Source: Hydrolagus colliei
Lineage: Eukaryota
Direction of reading: 5' to 3'
Assembly: GCA_035084275.1 (NCBI GenBank)
Contig: CM068748.1
Coordinates: 12,090,001-12,154,000 of the forward strand
Length of the DNA: 64,000 nucleotides
A program made the translations under genes and the position numbers. Shown here in pieces: positions 59,598 to 64,000 of the stretch. Under the pieces are notes generated by a model that worked only from the letters and a program-made list of their open reading frames with translations, was not told the DNA's origin and did no database searches. Every line of letters starts with the position of its first letter. Position 1 is the stretch's first letter.

Positions 59598-61095
59598 TGA
59601 TGCAGACAAGCGTAAATATATATATATATATTATATATATTTCTGAACAGCCTCCATGACAGATAAGCCAACTTGGTGTGAGCAACCATATCATTTACGA
59701 GCAGCTGAATACAGTAGCAAGAGAAAAGTATTTTTTAATTTCAAATAATGCTGAGAATATACGTTGGCTGTAAAACACGGGACTATTTTCAAATTCAAGG
59801 CCATGCTATTAGGATGGATTGGAGTTTTAACTGTGGCTTGCATTAAGAAAGCTGTAGCATAACATTAAAAAAAGGTGTCGGATTGATGGGGTGGTTGACG
59901 GAAGTAGGATATTGTCAATCAAAATGCACTAATATATCCTGGTAGCTTATTGCTCCGAATTAATGTGCCAGAGTATATCAGTAAAATAAGATGCTGTCAG
60001 TTGGTCAGTGAGCCTCTTGTGTATAAGTGTGTACGTGCAGGGATCTGTTTAAAGGTTTATTCTTTCCTTCCCTTCAGAATTGTGTATGTTAAAAAAAAAC
60101 TTCCTGCCAAATTCAATGATTCATGCTTAGCAAACTCACAATCGACCTTTATTTCTGAGGCACAAAATGAACAAAAGATGGAAAATGTATACAGATGTAC
60201 ATAGCACCAGTAAACACAAAAATGTTGACCACATTCCTTGGCCACATCACACAAATTCATGAGGTTCAGATTAGTTGCTTTTAGTTAAAAAAATTATCTT
60301 GATATATAATATAAATCAATCTAGTGGCTCCCTCAATTGTTCCCAATTTTCTTAGATTTACCTCTCTGGGACATTTGCTTTTGACACTTTTTTATGGCTG
60401 ATTAAAATGAATTTATCCACAAGCCTAGCCATATATTCTCTCACAGGAGGCTCACTAAAATTGATAAGACGTAAGAAGGTGTGTTTTAAAATGTAATATC
60501 CTACTTCAATTTGTATCATCTTTTATGCACTTTTCTGCATTGTGCAATGGTGTTCCTTCACCAGCTGCAAATATTTTTTGTTAAAGTCAGCATCATGTTT
60601 CAGTAGGTGCATTGACTGGAATTTTTCTTTTGTACATTGTAATTGGTTCTACATTGTTTAAAAATATATAGAAGGCAGTGGAGTATGAGTACAAAATTGC
60701 TCCATAACTATTTTTTCTAGAGGTATAGAATTAGTGAGGGTGACTTTCCCTCCAGTGCACATCTAATAGTTCAGCTTTTTTTCTTGTTTACATTAATGAA
60801 CACAAGGACGTTGCATTGTGGTGAGGTAAATGGGCAGGTGAGAAAACTACTGTCAGTGCATTATAACTGGCGAGGAGTGTCACAGTACACACAGTATGAA
60901 TGATTTAAAAAAAAATGTTTAAGTCGTAAGAAAATAACACATGAAGAGTGATAATTTCACTAAACTCTTTAGTGTTAATAAACAAGAAATATGGTGGAAA
61001 TGGAAGATTATTATGCCTATATTGGTTAATGCATTAATACTGAATGTATTTTGAAGTTGTATATATTAAAATAAGCACAAACAATTTAGTTTGTT
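59598..61095 (+). other. VSIR: Probable VSIR 3' UTR with polyadenylation signals
   Basis: Repeat-free AT-rich tract after the stop; AATAAA at 60977-60982; ATTAAA at 61065-61070 with upstream TGTA and a downstream GT/T-rich element. Confidence 0.55.
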
Positions 61096-61423
61096 AACTT
61101 TGTTGAGGGAAATGGGTCTAATTTGATATTGCATGTAGTACTGTATTAGCAGTATTTCAGCAAAATGGAATGAGTTATTGATCTTATTATTGCTTTGTTT
61201 CAAATCTATTAAGTGCACAAATCAAACAAGACCATAATGTTTCATTTTCAGTCTCTGATATGAATTGTATGATATTCCATTACATCTAACTGCTCTGACC
61301 TGTTTATGCACCAATTTGCTATGAGAAGAGTCTCGGTACCTTTGAATATTTGAATATTGTAACATTCATCAAAAGGCCCATTGTGGTTTTAAAGCTTGCC
61401 TCTTGATTAATTTCTCACATTAA

Positions 61424-61865
61424 ACAACAAAAACAACAAAATTACAGGAGGATGTCCCACAGCGCAGGACAGTTACTGCTTCAGACTCGAGCTCAGGACA
61501 GGAGGGGCGGGGGTGGGAAGGGGTAGATTTGGAGTTGCCAATGGGTCCATCGAAGAGGAGAGTCTTGAGGCGAGATTTGAAGGAGGCCACAGAGGGGGCG
61601 AGGCGGAGGGACTGCGGGATGGAGTTCCAGAGGTTGGGGGCAGAGTGGCTGAAGGCTCGCCCACCATTGGTGGGGTGGGTGGGTCTGGGGACATGGAGCA
61701 GGCCAGAGCCTGATGAGCGGAGAGGGCGGGCAGGTTGGTAAGGGGATAGGAGATCACGGATGTGGGGTGAGGTTGTGGAGGGTTTTAAATGTGAGGACCA
61801 GGATCATGAATTGGATCCTCTGGAGCCAATGGAGTTGGGCAAGGATGGGGCAGATGGGGTCACGA
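61424..61865 (-). mobile_element. L2 LINE 3' fragment (subfamily A-like)
   Basis: Reverse complement colinear with the 34140-34624 and 42600-42957 copies; (AAC)n tail at ~61424. Confidence 0.82.
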
Positions 61866-64000
61866 AGCATTATTGTCACCCTGGAGTTTTCCCCCCTCTA
61901 TCTAAAACTGTATGTCAATGGCTCAAGGGGAGACTACTTACCTATTTTGTTATCTGAATGCAAATGATTTTGAAGGAAAACAGCATCAGTTTGCAAATAA
62001 TCAGCCAAAATTTACAGGGAATGGTTAGAATATTTGAAGCACTCAGATGGTTATGGAATGATTTGTTTGCAGCAAATTTTGAAGCAGTATCCATGAATAG
62101 CTTTTAAAAAGAAATGCAACCAAGTTTGTGGGGAAAAGGAGAGGAATAAGGCTAAATTAACAGTTTTCAACGATTTTCAATAATGAAGTCACTTTATGTC
62201 ATTTCATAATGTATGAAATACCTGCTCAGAGATCAAGTACTGCCATTTCTAATATGGTTTCATAGTCACTGAGTCAGGGAGCTGGCCTCAGTTCTCGTTT
62301 TGCAGTAATTTCCTTTCAAGCCTTCTCACCCTACTAGCTGAACCTTTACGAGTACCCCTTGAACTGAGCAAGACGAGCATTTGCAAGACTTTGTCTTTGC
62401 TAGAGTTTATAGCAGCTTTTAACTGCAGGATGCACAAATAACTACAACTGTCAATTACATAATCTCCAGAAAACATAATGTTATTGATTATTAGCTCTAT
62501 GTCACATGAGATCCTCCTGTAGCTTAGGGAAAAAGGAACAGCTATAATTTAAAACACTCATTTTAGTTTTAAAAAATGGGAAACAGTATTGTCAGGATAA
62601 ATAAATAAACTTGATGCTCTTATTACATAAGTTGAAGAGAAACATTTTCACTTCCATTTGGTTGTCATTTCAATCACTAACTGCCAATAGCTCCCTAAAG
62701 TTTACATCTTCCCAAATAAATGTTTTCATTTCACATGTTGCTCAAAGCTTTATTACTGTAACATCACATATTTAAAACAAATATTGTTCCAAAATCTCTT
62801 GCGTTCTCTTCCTCCTATTTTTGCCTTACTTTTTTTTCTCTAAATTATGGTCTACACTAACTCTTGTGTAATTTTATCCCCAGTAACTTGATTCCCAAGT
62901 TGAAATGTTGAGTTTACCTGCATCCTCTGGCTCTGAGGCCGTTCATTCCAGAGTGGAGCCACGTGGTCACAAATTAGACTTTGATTAGCAAAGACAAACT
63001 AGTTAAAAGTGACTCCACAACCCATTTTTTAACTCAAAGGTTGATAAAAATGTAGGTTGAACTGTCTCAGATGCAGAATTAATTGAGAGAAAGATGGATA
63101 GGTACTTAGGAAGCAAGGATTTATAACAATGTTGGTGGGGTGGGGGGGTGGAAAGTTAGGAGTTGCCATAACTTGATATAATTAAGGGCCTCAAAGGGCT
63201 GGATAGCCTTTTCCTATGGAATCCATTGCCTTTTCAAGGCAATACAGTATAATGCTTTGACCTTCTTACAGTGTCCAACTATTTTAGTGCAGATCCGAAA
63301 GAGGTCAAACAAACTAGAGCACAGAAGTTTGGACAATTTTGTATTTAAAGGATTCACTTGGCCATGGAAGAGTGAAAAGGACAGAAGGACACTCACAGCT
63401 GTTGTACATTACCACAATTCTGTGTTGGGGTGTTCCTTATATGAGATATTCAACTGTTTTTATACAATAGGAACAATGCTAAAGCGTTATGCAGGACTGG
63501 CCAAAGTGTTATGTGAATTGAATCAGTATTTTAATGGGAAACCACAACATCGTGCCAGCCAAGATTCAGCATCTGGATACAATAGTTTCTGTCATTTCAG
63601 TGTTAGTGTAGGGCTGCTAGAAGGCTTAAAACATCTGCGACTGAACAAAGCTTTCTGTAAGGAGAGAAGAGGGCGTGGGGGAGACAAAGGAAACATGGGG
63701 GGAAACAACGTAACACCAAGAAATGAAGGTGTTGTAGGTGTTCTACCTTGGCATAATCTACAGATTACTTTGCAAAACATTTTTGTTTCAGTTTGCAGGG
63801 GCAGGTTTTCATTGAATGCCAATTTGCAGCTGCAGCAAACGAAGAGGAACCGCACTAAGTTACCAATGTGGTTAAAGGTTTAACCTTCCAGATTCTACTG
63901 TTCGGAAAGTTAAGCAAGATGGTGACTTTAAGCACAATTAGCACCTTATTGCCTAACAAGCATTCAAAACTCACTTAGCTTATTTTGCAGAGAAAATAAA

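Noticed and set aside
62830-63200. Possible further CDH23 exon (minus-strand donor near 62917)
   Set aside because: No cadherin motif in translation and the sequence resembles decayed CR1 3' ends; the next CDH23 exon appears to lie beyond the window
1-64000. CRISPR arrays, operons, rRNA or prokaryotic defence systems
   Set aside because: No regularly spaced repeat-spacer array or prokaryotic gene organisation; the window is spliced vertebrate DNA

Overview
This is AT-rich vertebrate genomic DNA. The L2/CR1/tRNA-SINE repeat landscape suggests a cartilaginous fish, possibly a chimaera (inference). The minus strand carries 26 consecutive coding exons of cadherin-23 (CDH23) at 35484->231: 4442 nt with GT-AG ends and compatible phases, running from extracellular cadherin repeats to the transmembrane helix and matching human exons ~39-64. 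From 35485 to the window end is one large CDH23 intron. It holds, on the plus strand, a complete 7-exon gene for the B7-family checkpoint protein VISTA (VSIR/C10orf54), with ATG at 39689, stop at 59597 and 286-287 aa; the same nested antisense arrangement is known in mammals. The introns contain a young 5'-truncated CR1 LINE with an unbroken 448-codon RT frame, two L2 subfamilies (one nested in the other), tRNA-derived SINEs, three TA-flanked Tc1/mariner-type MITEs and one hAT-type MITE. I found no evidence of a wholly new multi-gene system. The best leads are the ancient His-rich VISTA ectodomain, its NAGNAG acceptor, its ISRE/uORF promoter, a FOX/GATA palindrome, an NRF1+YY1-carrying MITE, unexplained intron-to-intron duplications and two long orphan antisense ORFs preceded by splice acceptors. 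All comparisons with human or mouse sequences, exon numbers and isoforms are from memory and need checking.
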